From positions 1 to 35,212 of IMG/VR virus record IMGVR_UViG_3300044724_004608: a DNA stretch of 35,212 nucleotides, one strand, 5' to 3'. This DNA is from a virus. Taxonomy: Duplodnaviria > Caudoviricetes. Position 1 is the first letter of the stretch, and every line of letters starts with the position of its first letter. Shown one piece after another: positions 8,556-17,513 of this stretch. Both the position numbers and the translations under genes were made by a program. Under the pieces are notes generated by a model. It was not told where the DNA came from and searched no databases. It saw nothing but the letters and a program-made list of their open reading frames with translations.

Positions 8556-10142
8556 TTATCCTTTAAACAACCAAGGAAATTGGTCGTAAGTCTGTGAATG
8601 CTTTTTCTTTTTCTCAAAGACGCTGTCGCCTTCATAACCATGCATACCTTTAATTGTTGTGTTCATTTTAGTTTTCGCTGCAACCATTGTAGCAAGAAAT
8701 GCTTTACTATATTCTATGCTTCTCTTGTTTTCTATCAATGCCGTGTCCCTCACCCAGCAACCTATTGCACATGCCATAATCAAATCATCATTGTAAGATC
8801 GCATCGCTTCTGGTCGCCCATTGTTCCAAACAAATGTCTTCATCTCGTTATAGAGACGAGGCGAATTTATCGTAATTAGGTCATTTCTCACAAATTCTTC
8901 CAACTTTGCTACAATCAAAGGTCTTGTTTTCTGACTGGTAGTAAATCCAGCGACGGCATTAGACGCTGCCTCTGCGGTAACTTGGTCTACATACTCGTGA
9001 GATGACTTGATTGAATGATATACATTAGGATACTGCATTTCTATAAGTTTGTCAAGGACTGCGAAACCAACTGTGTTGTTTTCTACTACTATCATACAGT
9101 CTCCATACTCTCGTCCCGCATCGCAAAGCACTTGTGAAAACAAATCTGGTGTAAGTCTTCCTTGATACTCTGCGACTATTTCCATTGTAAGAGTATTGAA
9201 TATGTGAAAAACAGAATAGTCTTTACCATCGCCGCGAGCAACGTCCGCACTTAACAGATAAGGCACTCCTGACTCCGCTTCTTTCCATATCCAATAATTT
9301 CTATCAAAACCTGACTTGTATTTTGGTTCAGTCATGAATTCTCTTATGGATGCCATCTTGTCTGGATGAAACACTGTTTCACCTGACATGTTGAAGTTGC
9401 ACTCCAACTCCTGTGCGATCTGTCTTCTCGACATGTTTTTTGTTTCTTTTGCAAACCAGTCCTGGTCTCTGTCTGGATGAACATCCCAGGGAAGATTCAT
9501 AGAAAAGAAATCGTTTGCCTCGCTTTCAGCGTCAGTGTAAGTTTTATGAAACCAGTTACCGACCCCATTAGGCGTCGAGAGTGCGATGCAGCGCCCACCA
9601 GTTGATAGAGTAGGGTATAGACCTGTCCACAACTCATCAAGTCCCTCTACGTGCGCTGCTTCGTCTATAACTAGCAAGGACAACGCTTCTGAACGACCAG
9701 CATCTCCAGAAGTAGAAGATGCCTTAATTTGAGACCCGTTTGTTAATTCGAACGATGTTCTGTTGTCAACCGACACTTGTGCAATCCTTATCCAATCAGG
9801 ACAGTTTCTTAAGATTGTCTTCACTTTCTTTACAAGGTTTGCAGCAGTCCCAAACTTAGTAGCAAGGACTAGAACGTTCTTCTCCTTGTGAAACATCATC
9901 AACCAAACAACATATGCTGCGGTGACTGTAGACAAACCCAACTGTCGTGCCTTGAGGACAATATTAAATCTATGATCTTCAAAGTTTTTTAAAGCGTCTT
10001 TCTGGAATGGGTAAGTCTTGAACGGTATCAATCCCTTGAGCGGGTGAGTTATCTTTGCATAGTTTGAGATGAAGTAGTCCGGATCTCTACCTGACTTTAC
10101 TATCTCTCTCATTATTTCTTTCTTGGTTAGGACTGAACTCAT
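8556..10142 (-). CDS. Terminase large subunit, T4 gp17-like
   Basis: Walker A KARQLGLST, Walker B LLVIDEAAH, motif III LSTPNG, nuclease motifs SADVARG, VVENN and NDDLIMA. Confidence 0.97.
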   Translation of the reverse strand: MSSVLTKKEIMREIVKSGRDPDYFISNYAKITHPLKGLIPFKTYPFQKDALKNFEDHRFNIVLKARQLGLSTVTAAYVVWLMMFHKEKNVLVLATKFGTAANLVKKVKTILRNCPDWIRIAQVSVDNRTSFELTNGSQIKASSTSGDAGRSEALSLLVIDEAAHVEGLDELWTGLYPTLSTGGRCIALSTPNGVGNWFHKTYTDAESEANDFFSMNLPWDVHPDRDQDWFAKETKNMSRRQIAQELECNFNMSGETVFHPDKMASIREFMTEPKYKSGFDRNYWIWKEAESGVPYLLSADVARGDGKDYSVFHIFNTLTMEIVAEYQGRLTPDLFSQVLCDAGREYGDCMIVVENNTVGFAVLDKLIEMQYPNVYHSIKSSHEYVDQVTAEAASNAVAGFTTSQKTRPLIVAKLEEFVRNDLITINSPRLYNEMKTFVWNNGRPEAMRSYNDDLIMACAIGCWVRDTALIENKRSIEYSKAFLATMVAAKTKMNTTIKGMHGYEGDSVFEKKKKHSQTYDQFPWLFKG

Positions 10143-10696
10143 CTCTTCCTGTTTGCGAAATCATATGCCTTGAAAGATTCAAATGGGTCGGACTTTCGTT
10201 TATCGTTGGGGGTCTTCTTCGCTTCTGGTGTTGATGGGATTTTCATCTCCTCTCGCTCACTTGATTGCTCATCGATGCCACCGATCTTAAACTTCTGTAC
10301 TGCGGTTACGAGAGTTCTAACTCTAGATACCGGTTGCACTAAGACCTGAACCTCGCCTTCCGAGGTTAGCGAAAGACTTGACTTTGTTAGCGCTCGGTAT
10401 TCCTTTTTCAAGAATGCAGCGACGTCTGAGATCATACTAGACACATCATTTTCCAGAGTTCCGCCATATACTTCCTTGAGTTTAATCTCGCTAGAATAAG
10501 TTACACATAATTTGTTTCCCTCAAACTTTACGCCGAAACCGTCCATGACTCGCGAGTCAATCAAAGGATTAGTGTCTTCGTCACCCTCCCTCTTTAAACC
10601 AATCTTTAAAGGTTCGTCGTTCTCATCCAGTGCTCCATCATACTTCTTTGATAGAACCTGTGAGATGCCATTAATAATTTCAAGTGTTGTTGCCAT
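10139..10696 (-). CDS. Hypothetical protein, ~185 aa, coupled to the terminase gene
   Basis: Restarted at ATG 10696 (MATTLEIING) with AGGAG at 10704-10708; ATGA overlap with the terminase start. Confidence 0.75.
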   Translation of the reverse strand: MATTLEIINGISQVLSKKYDGALDENDEPLKIGLKREGDEDTNPLIDSRVMDGFGVKFEGNKLCVTYSSEIKLKEVYGGTLENDVSSMISDVAAFLKKEYRALTKSSLSLTSEGEVQVLVQPVSRVRTLVTAVQKFKIGGIDEQSSEREEMKIPSTPEAKKTPNDKRKSDPFESFKAYDFANRKR

Positions 10697-11087
10697 TAGT
10701 TTGCTCCTTTGTGGGTCTCCATCCCGACTTCCATCTTTCTTCCCTACCTTCGACCCAATGCACATAACATCCAAAACAACATTCGAACTTTGCCATATAC
10801 AAATCATCTTGTGCAGAAAAGGAATAAGACTGACAGACTGGACATCCCCTTTCGTTTTCTCTAGTAAGTAGTTTTTTTGTAATCAAAAAACCTTTGTAGT
10901 TTTCTTTAGACTTCTTCTCATCTTTAAAAAACTTTCTTTTATAGAATTCTTTCACTTCTTCTTCGTGCTTTTTCTCTTTTTCGGGAGTCCAATGCTTCTT
11001 CGGATTGTCTATCGCCTCTTCTCCCCACCTTTCAGAAATCGCTTTTTCCAGTTTCACAATATAGTTGGGATCTTCAGTTTTTTTCAT
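10680..11087 (-). CDS. Hypothetical protein with putative Zn finger, ~135 aa
   Basis: Restarted at ATG 11087 (MKKTEDPNY; ATGA overlap with the upstream stop); CPVC...CCFGC; C-terminal W..GWRP. Confidence 0.75.
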   Translation of the reverse strand: MKKTEDPNYIVKLEKAISERWGEEAIDNPKKHWTPEKEKKHEEEVKEFYKRKFFKDEKKSKENYKGFLITKKLLTRENERGCPVCQSYSFSAQDDLYMAKFECCFGCYVHWVEGREERWKSGWRPTKEQTNGNNT

Positions 11088-11524
11088 CTTGCCACCAAAA
11101 CCCAAATACCCAATACAGACGTTGCGCCCACAACAAATCCACCTGCAGTGAAAAGATACCAATAATTATTAGGTCGAGAAAGAGCGACCTTTTCTAACTT
11201 ATCTATTTCTTGGTTCTTTGTTTTGATAGTTGCATCCAACTCATCCTCCAAACTTTGAATTCTCAAATCAAGGTTGCTAATTTGAAGATGGTATTTTGCC
11301 TTTAATTTGTCAACCTCTTTGCCGACCTTCAGTTGGCACCTAGCACCTTCCTGTTCCTTGTCAGCAATGATCTTTGCCATTGCTCGTTCGGTCAGACACC
11401 AACCATCATAAGGAGCGGGATTACCTTTTACAACCTTTAAAACGTCTTGTGCTAGTACAGAAGTAGAGAAACTAATTAAAGTTAGAAAAATCAAAAAGTT
11501 CTTCAATCTTTTGCTTAACGACAT
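11084..11524 (-). CDS. Exported coiled-coil protein with signal peptide and C-terminal TM helix (spanin-like?)
   Basis: NFLIFLTLISFSTSVLA-QD looks like an SPase I signal; central coiled coil; C-terminal hydrophobic YWYLFTAGGFVVGATSVLGIWVLV. Start may be TTG at 11506. Confidence 0.6.
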   Translation of the reverse strand: MSLSKRLKNFLIFLTLISFSTSVLAQDVLKVVKGNPAPYDGWCLTERAMAKIIADKEQEGARCQLKVGKEVDKLKAKYHLQISNLDLRIQSLEDELDATIKTKNQEIDKLEKVALSRPNNYWYLFTAGGFVVGATSVLGIWVLVAR

Positions 11525-11858
11525 CTGGATTTCCTTTTGAGTCTTGAACTATCTCTTTGACTCTTTTCTTGTTTGCTTTAGTGATTTTAACATTTTTATC
11601 ACTATATTTTTTCTCAATCTCTTCCAAGGTTTTATGGTATTCTTTTATGTTCTGATCTCTTTCGGACAGTTCTCTCTTGTGGTTCTCTTTGAGTTGAACT
11701 ATCTGCTTTTCATATGATTCTTTTCTTGCTTCCAAGACATCCATTGCTGCTTGGGCATTCTTTCGTGATAGTGCCCAAATAACTATAGACCATACGACTA
11801 CAAGAGGAACTTTCCAGTTCTCTTTTAACCAGATCCAAATAAGTTTTATATGATACAT
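11472..11858 (-). CDS. N-anchored coiled-coil membrane protein (i-spanin/Rz-like)
   Basis: N-terminal TM (VPLVVVWSIVIWAL) followed by a long charged coiled coil; downstream of the holin-like gene. Confidence 0.5.
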   Translation of the reverse strand: MYHIKLIWIWLKENWKVPLVVVWSIVIWALSRKNAQAAMDVLEARKESYEKQIVQLKENHKRELSERDQNIKEYHKTLEEIEKKYSDKNVKITKANKKRVKEIVQDSKGNPDVVKQKIEELFDFSNFN

Positions 11859-11864
11859 TTTAGA

Positions 11865-12062
11865 TTATTTTTGTCCGTGCTTCCACTGCACTGCTAAGTC
11901 AACTAGTGCCTGTGAACCGATATAGGCAAGAGTGACGGCAACCCAATCTCCAGAAGTCAAAGATCCGCTCACTGCCAACCCTGTAGCAGTTAACCATGCC
12001 AAAAACTTCCTAGAAATGAATCGCTCTACATGTCTGTCAGCAAATGATTTTAGTGCTGTCAT
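11865..12062 (-). CDS. Putative holin (65 aa, two TM segments)
   Basis: Restarted at ATG 12062 (AGGAGG at 12071-12076); SRKFLAWLTATGLAV and WVAVTLAYIGSQALVDLAV hydrophobic helices; basic C-end. Confidence 0.55.
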   Translation of the reverse strand: MTALKSFADRHVERFISRKFLAWLTATGLAVSGSLTSGDWVAVTLAYIGSQALVDLAVQWKHGQK

Positions 12063-12075
12063 AATGTTATCCTCC

Positions 12076-15000
12076 TTAAACGCTAACATGAGCAAACCCG
12101 TCTTTTTTATCAATAACGATCTGCATATCCACTGCGTCTTTAAGAGTATCTAGGTGCGAGATTAAAATAACAGTCTTAAAATATGACTTAACCATGTCAA
12201 TTATTCGCACAAAACCTTCCATATTTTCTGCGTCCAGGGCAGTTCCTGGTTCGTCTAAAATAAATATATCTGGTTTTGGCAAACTAGATACTGACAGGAG
12301 AGCAAGTCGTATTGCCATTGCAGCAATTGTCTTCTCAGCACCTGATCCCATCTCAATCAAACGAGCGCCGTGCTTGGGGTGTTTAATAAAAATGTCCAGT
12401 CTCTTTTCGTTGTTTTCGATAAAGACATCGAAGTCAACAACACCAGTCAAAACTTTTGCAATCTCTTCGTTAATAGTCGGCAACCTGTCTTTTATAATGT
12501 CGTGAGATATGCCGTTATTGTGGAAACACTTCATAAACAAGTCATATGCTGCAAACTCAGTTCTCAGAGTTTTCAACTCCTCTTTCCGGTTCTGCAATTC
12601 CTTTACTTGTTGTTCCAGTGACCCAACTTCCCTCAAGAGAGAGTTTGTTTCTTTCTTACAATCATTGCATTCCCTAGTATATTTCTTAACATCAGACTGA
12701 AGAGACTTCTTATCTGACAGTAACCCTTCAAGATTCTCTATTGCCTCCTTGTTATCTTCATACTCGCTCATCTTAGAGTTAAGTTTTTCTAGTATCGTAG
12801 TTTCTTTAAATATACTACTTTCAATTCTCTCTAAGGACATCTCTGCGGTTGACAACCCCTCAAGTACTGATTCCTGTTTTCCCTTTAGAAGTTCAAACTT
12901 TTCAGTGTAATATAGAACATCATCCGGACTCATTGCGAATACTTCCTCTCCTAGAGAATTAATATTTTTAGCAATGTCTGCCATAATGTCTGACTTGATT
13001 TGCACTAGTCCTGCTGCATCGTGAGCGTCCTTTATGAACTTGCAACTAGGAAATGAGTCACCGCAAGGCACCTCAGACAATAAATCATTTCTAATCTGAT
13101 GCTTTACCTTTTCCTTTGATACTTCTTCTAGTTGCTTGATGTACTTATCTATCTGCTCTCGGTTTTCAATTATGCGAGTCTTCTTTTCCTCATACGTGTC
13201 AATATCGAATCCCGACAAGAACTCTGTAATCTCTTTGATTTTCGCTTTTGAACTTTCAACTTTCGAAACAAGACCTTCTTTTTCTCTTTTAAGTCCGTGA
13301 AGATTTTTTGTTCTTGTTTTAATTTCCACATTAACCTTAATCGGGTCGATGATCTCAGTCGGAGCAGATTCAATCTTAGATCCAATGGAATTGATCTGTT
13401 CACGTAAATCTTCCACTCTTCCCTGAAGAGTTTCACACTTCTCTTGATTCTTTTCCATGCTTTCGTTTTTCCGTAAAAGACTTGCTTCTGTTTCCATAAT
13501 CTGCTCATCATAATCAACACCCTCCAATCTTTTCAAGGCACCACGAAGGTCCTTTGATTCTTCTTTTGCTTGTTCATATTTTCTATCAAACACCTGCAAG
13601 TCCAAGAACTTCGCTAGTGCTGACTTTCTTTTTGCAGAACCGTCAACAATAAATCTTAACGAATCTAACTGCGTCGCCATAGATGTGATATAGAAATCAT
13701 CAATGGTTCCAAAATACTTTCTAATGTTCTTGTCAGTGTCTGGTTTGCTCATTGCGTTTAGACACAACACCTCTCCGGAATCTTCCTCGCAGGAAAATTC
13801 CAAACCAGTCTCTGCGCCAGTAGCACTTTTCTCACTTCGTGATGCGCTGCGATCTACTACATATTTCTTGTCTGCAATCTTTATTACTGCTTTTGCATAA
13901 CAAGTATCTGAGTGCTCATTAATGATATTAGATATTTTCGAAGATGCCTTAGACGTCGTGTTGTAAATAGAGTACAGCATACTATCAACGATTGATGACT
14001 TACCAGAAAAGTTCTTTCCAAAAATGCCAACAGTTCCCGTTAGTTTTGTAAAGTCAATGCTATTCCCTTGTCCATAGTTAAACAATCCTCCCCACTCCAG
14101 GGATTGCAGACTCCAGTTGATATTCCTGTAAACGTCCTCCTGTTCTTGTGCTATCTTGCTCAGTCTAGAATTAAGTTCGAATACCTTTTGAAGCACCTCT
14201 TCCTCGCACTGGTAATCTGCAAGGAACTCAGATATTAATCTATTCTGAGTCTTGATGTTTCTTAGGTCTTCATACTTAAGTCCTTCTGCTTGAACTGGGA
14301 CTGATGCCGTCGAAACCTTGTTGGTATATCTAAGACTTTCTGGTTTAAACTTGAACCTTGCTACATCTAGACTCTTTCTCCAAAGATCTGGAGTTAGATT
14401 ATTCTCAGCAACTAACCTAAGACGTGCTCCTTCGGGCACATCGACATCAGGTAAAGTTCCGTCTTCATTCAGTGCGAGAGTCACATAAGGTATGGGATTC
14501 TTAAAGGTTATTAATTTGTTAGAAAATTCGTCCTTACTCTCGATATCCCAAAGCAAATAACCCTTGTCTAGTGTTTCTCCGAAGTTTTGCTGAACTGTCG
14601 ATCCTGGATACCATATTCGACCTTCGTCATCCAACTGTTGAGTCTTGTGTATGTCACCCAAGAAAGCAAAGTCAAACTCTTCAAAAATTTCGATACCATG
14701 ATCTCCACCTAGAGTCCAGTTACTGTCTGTTTTTGATTTACTTATTGCGCCGTGATACAGAGCAATATTAATTGAATCGTAGTCAGATGGAGCAACCCAA
14801 TTCTCTTCATCAAAAACCGACAACACATTCAAGCAAAACTTATCATTTATCCTTGTTTCTCCGGCGTTCTTAAGCAAGTGAATGTTCTTGTTATTCATTG
14901 CCCTAACTATGGGAGAGATGGCGTCCTCGCGACTACTGTTGGTTAGGTTTCCATCGTGATTACCCAATATAATATAAGTCGGTGCAATCTCTGCCAAATT

Positions 15001-15195
15001 AGCAAAAAACCTTGTTGCCATATCAACAAACTCAGGCGATATTTGAGTCTTAGTATGTGCAATGTCTCCGCAGTGGATTATGTAATCTACGCGTTCTTGT
15101 TTTAGAGATTGATACAACTGGTTAAATACTTCATTATATTCATAATGAAATCTAAGGTTGCGGATGTGTGTATCCGCAATGTGAGCAAACCTCAT
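12076..15195 (-). CDS. Fused Mre11/SbcD nuclease + Rad50/SbcC ATPase (T4 gp47-gp46-like)
   Basis: N-terminal metallophosphoesterase motifs ADTH, CGDIAH, GNHD, YHG, GDIH; then Walker A GKNFSGKSS, long coiled coil, signature MGSGAE, Walker B ILDEPGTALD and H-loop ISH. Confidence 0.93.
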   Translation of the reverse strand: MRFAHIADTHIRNLRFHYEYNEVFNQLYQSLKQERVDYIIHCGDIAHTKTQISPEFVDMATRFFANLAEIAPTYIILGNHDGNLTNSSREDAISPIVRAMNNKNIHLLKNAGETRINDKFCLNVLSVFDEENWVAPSDYDSINIALYHGAISKSKTDSNWTLGGDHGIEIFEEFDFAFLGDIHKTQQLDDEGRIWYPGSTVQQNFGETLDKGYLLWDIESKDEFSNKLITFKNPIPYVTLALNEDGTLPDVDVPEGARLRLVAENNLTPDLWRKSLDVARFKFKPESLRYTNKVSTASVPVQAEGLKYEDLRNIKTQNRLISEFLADYQCEEEVLQKVFELNSRLSKIAQEQEDVYRNINWSLQSLEWGGLFNYGQGNSIDFTKLTGTVGIFGKNFSGKSSIVDSMLYSIYNTTSKASSKISNIINEHSDTCYAKAVIKIADKKYVVDRSASRSEKSATGAETGLEFSCEEDSGEVLCLNAMSKPDTDKNIRKYFGTIDDFYITSMATQLDSLRFIVDGSAKRKSALAKFLDLQVFDRKYEQAKEESKDLRGALKRLEGVDYDEQIMETEASLLRKNESMEKNQEKCETLQGRVEDLREQINSIGSKIESAPTEIIDPIKVNVEIKTRTKNLHGLKREKEGLVSKVESSKAKIKEITEFLSGFDIDTYEEKKTRIIENREQIDKYIKQLEEVSKEKVKHQIRNDLLSEVPCGDSFPSCKFIKDAHDAAGLVQIKSDIMADIAKNINSLGEEVFAMSPDDVLYYTEKFELLKGKQESVLEGLSTAEMSLERIESSIFKETTILEKLNSKMSEYEDNKEAIENLEGLLSDKKSLQSDVKKYTRECNDCKKETNSLLREVGSLEQQVKELQNRKEELKTLRTEFAAYDLFMKCFHNNGISHDIIKDRLPTINEEIAKVLTGVVDFDVFIENNEKRLDIFIKHPKHGARLIEMGSGAEKTIAAMAIRLALLSVSSLPKPDIFILDEPGTALDAENMEGFVRIIDMVKSYFKTVILISHLDTLKDAVDMQIVIDKKDGFAHVSV

Positions 15196-15211
15196 CTACC
15201 CTCCGATGCTT

Positions 15212-15400
15212 TTAGATGTTAATGTTCTTATTGATGTGGTTGAATAGTCTTTCTAGAAAGTTTATTTTTTGATTTTCATTTAAACTTTCCAGTTTCTCGA
15301 TTGCTTGTTCCGCTGCCACGAAACCTTCATCAGAAGTGTCGAAGGATCTTTCGATCTCTTCGTTGATCAAGTTCTTGAGTTTATCTTTTTCTATTTTCAT
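15212..15400 (-). CDS. Hypothetical protein, 62 aa
   Basis: GGAGG at 15408-15412; N-terminus KLKNLINEEIE. Confidence 0.7.
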   Translation of the reverse strand: MKIEKDKLKNLINEEIERSFDTSDEGFVAAEQAIEKLESLNENQKINFLERLFNHINKNINI

Positions 15401-15403
15401 GTT

Positions 15404-16360
15404 TTAACCTCCAAAGTTAAGTTTTTGTAGTAAATAGTCTTCTCTCGTAACAATAGAAGCACGATTCTTATACTCACCCAACAAGTGACTTGGAACTTCA
15501 CCTAAGTCGGAATAATCATATAATTCTATTTTACAGACCTTAACGCCAAAGTCAAGCAAATTCTTAACTATTTTCAATTCTTTTGTCTTTGCGTCTTTGT
15601 CTAGGCATATGTAAATCATCTTACATTTTTCGATTATCTTGTTGAACAACACGCTGCTGGTGTTCAGGGTAGATCCGAGTATCGGAACACTGTTCTCATA
15701 TTTCAAAGAGTCAAAAAAACCTTCGACCAAAACGACAGGTTGATCCCAGTCAATCATCAGGTCATTAAACACAACATTCCTAGAACATGGAGGGTTTTTA
15801 TATTTCATATATGCACCATCAAAAGATCTAGCGATATAATAATTCAAATCCCCGCTGACATTATAAGAAGGAACTATAACTCTACCTGCATACTGTCCGT
15901 GATGACAGAACCCCATCTTATACATCAAGACTTGCGAATAATCAATACCCCTATTCAACAAGTATCTCAATGCCTTTTGCCCAGTCAGAGACAGTCTTGA
16001 TGATGTAAGAGTGTTGTGATACTCCGGTAACTCTAAAAGTGCTTCTTCCTCAGTACGGTGGTTATCCTTGAACAACTCATCAAACCTTGTGATGTCGACC
16101 TGGTTTGTTAGGGTGCGCCATCGGTCCTTGAGTTCCGACCCTCGGACAAGTGGATCTAACTTGGTTCCCCTGTAATCACATATCCAGCACTTGAACATGT
16201 TCTTGTCTATATTGACAGACATCTTTCTTTTGTGATGGTTGCATTTAGGACAGAAGAACAACAATTCTTCATTTGATTCATAATATGAACCAAGACTTTT
16301 CTTTATGATGCTTAACTTTTCGCTATACAAAGGTTGTAACCTGCTTTCGCTATTACCCAA
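15404..16360 (-). CDS. DNA primase (Zn-finger + TOPRIM)
   Basis: CPKC..H...CWIC zinc-binding domain, YLLNRGI, GRVIVP, IARS, KYKNP, LVEGFFD and CLDKDA. True start may be TTG at 16330. Confidence 0.88.
   Translation of the reverse strand: MGNSESRLQPLYSEKLSIIKKSLGSYYESNEELLFFCPKCNHHKRKMSVNIDKNMFKCWICDYRGTKLDPLVRGSELKDRWRTLTNQVDITRFDELFKDNHRTEEEALLELPEYHNTLTSSRLSLTGQKALRYLLNRGIDYSQVLMYKMGFCHHGQYAGRVIVPSYNVSGDLNYYIARSFDGAYMKYKNPPCSRNVVFNDLMIDWDQPVVLVEGFFDSLKYENSVPILGSTLNTSSVLFNKIIEKCKMIYICLDKDAKTKELKIVKNLLDFGVKVCKIELYDYSDLGEVPSHLLGEYKNRASIVTREDYLLQKLNFGG
15431..15437 (-). promoter_or_regulatory. Putative CTATTTA box embedded in the primase 3' end
   Basis: ACTATTTACT, 30 nt upstream of the ATG at 15400. 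Confidence 0.35.
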
Positions 16361-16842
16361 CTATCAGATTTATCCATGATACCTGGTTTTACATTTCCAT
16401 TCTTTGTATATTCTACTATGAAAGTGGGTTCGTTTGCAAGAACAAAATCAAAACTTTTTTGTTTTCCTTTTTCACCTTTCGAAACTTTTATACCAACCTG
16501 TTTCCTGGCAGAGGTTGCGGCAAGCATCTCTGGTGTAAGGTCAAACATTTCCCAACATACCCAAGACACTATGCCATTAAATCTAGATAAGGTGGACAAG
16601 GTCTGCGCTGAAGAAAAACCTGAACGAAAAGACTGAAGTGATTGTTCTATAAAAACATGTTCGATATTATACTCATTGTGTAAATCTTTTAGATTCTCTT
16701 TTACGTGATGTGCTTTGTGATATATTGTTGGGAAGCGATTCTTGTTTCTTGTATCCCAATATTCGTTATATATACACGTGCCATCCATATCAAGAACGGT
16801 TACGCCCGTGATAGTTGTTGATATATCTAAACCTAAAATCAT
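16312..16842 (-). CDS. RuvC-like Holliday junction resolvase
   Basis: ILGLDISTTITG, VFIEQ and C-terminal D..D...IA give the RNase H-fold acidic tetrad. Confidence 0.85.
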   Translation of the reverse strand: MILGLDISTTITGVTVLDMDGTCIYNEYWDTRNKNRFPTIYHKAHHVKENLKDLHNEYNIEHVFIEQSLQSFRSGFSSAQTLSTLSRFNGIVSWVCWEMFDLTPEMLAATSARKQVGIKVSKGEKGKQKSFDFVLANEPTFIVEYTKNGNVKPGIMDKSDSWVIAKAGYNLCIAKS

Positions 16843-17513
16843 TTATTCTTTATAATATACGAAGCATAACCTTCAATAAGTTTCTTCTTTTGATTGTCCT
16901 CTTCTATATGATACCATTCCCAAGCAACACTTTTAGTAATTTGTTTAACTTGATTATGTATTGATGCTATCTTTTGCTGTATTGATCCAAAGTTAATCGG
17001 TACCTCTTTCGGGATCTCTATGTCGAGTTTTAGCGCAGACTCAATTAGTTTAAAGTAATTTTCTTCAGTGACTGCCTTGTTAACCTCTTGGAGAATCTTC
17101 TTTTTTTCCTCATCGTCCTTGACCTTGTCTGGATGAGTTTTACTTGCTATCTTTCTGTACAAAGACTTGTATTCTTTCGGTAACTCTTTTTTTGGAGTTT
17201 CTGGGGGAGGTTGATAAACATGCTCTTGTTCTACCTCCGGTTGCACCTTTGTTTGCCCTTTCTTGTATTGCTTTTGCTGCTTTGCTTTTTTTGCAGTTTT
17301 AAGAGATCTTCTCTCATTTTCGCCAACCAGTCCTGCCGCTTGTTTCAATTTGTGTTTTTCATCACTATCACCAACAGAGTCAATGTAATCTTTAAACATT
17401 TTTGAAAACTGTTTCATCGCTTCTTGATTGATTTTATTGTGAATCTCTAATTTTTTAATCGCAAACTTGAGTTCATGAACTTTAAGATCAAGTATTTCAT
17501 TTCTGTTCTTCAT
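16839..17513 (-). CDS. J-domain (DnaJ-like) co-chaperone
   Basis: YKSLYRKIASKTHPDK...EEKKKILQEVNKA: helix II-HPD-helix III of a J-domain, located internally. Confidence 0.82.
   Translation of the reverse strand: MKNRNEILDLKVHELKFAIKKLEIHNKINQEAMKQFSKMFKDYIDSVGDSDEKHKLKQAAGLVGENERRSLKTAKKAKQQKQYKKGQTKVQPEVEQEHVYQPPPETPKKELPKEYKSLYRKIASKTHPDKVKDDEEKKKILQEVNKAVTEENYFKLIESALKLDIEIPKEVPINFGSIQQKIASIHNQVKQITKSVAWEWYHIEEDNQKKKLIEGYASYIIKNK

Noticed and set aside
13964-13970. Internal CTATTTA copy (another at 30639-30645)
   Set aside because: Deep inside coding regions, far from any start; consistent with chance in AT-rich DNA.
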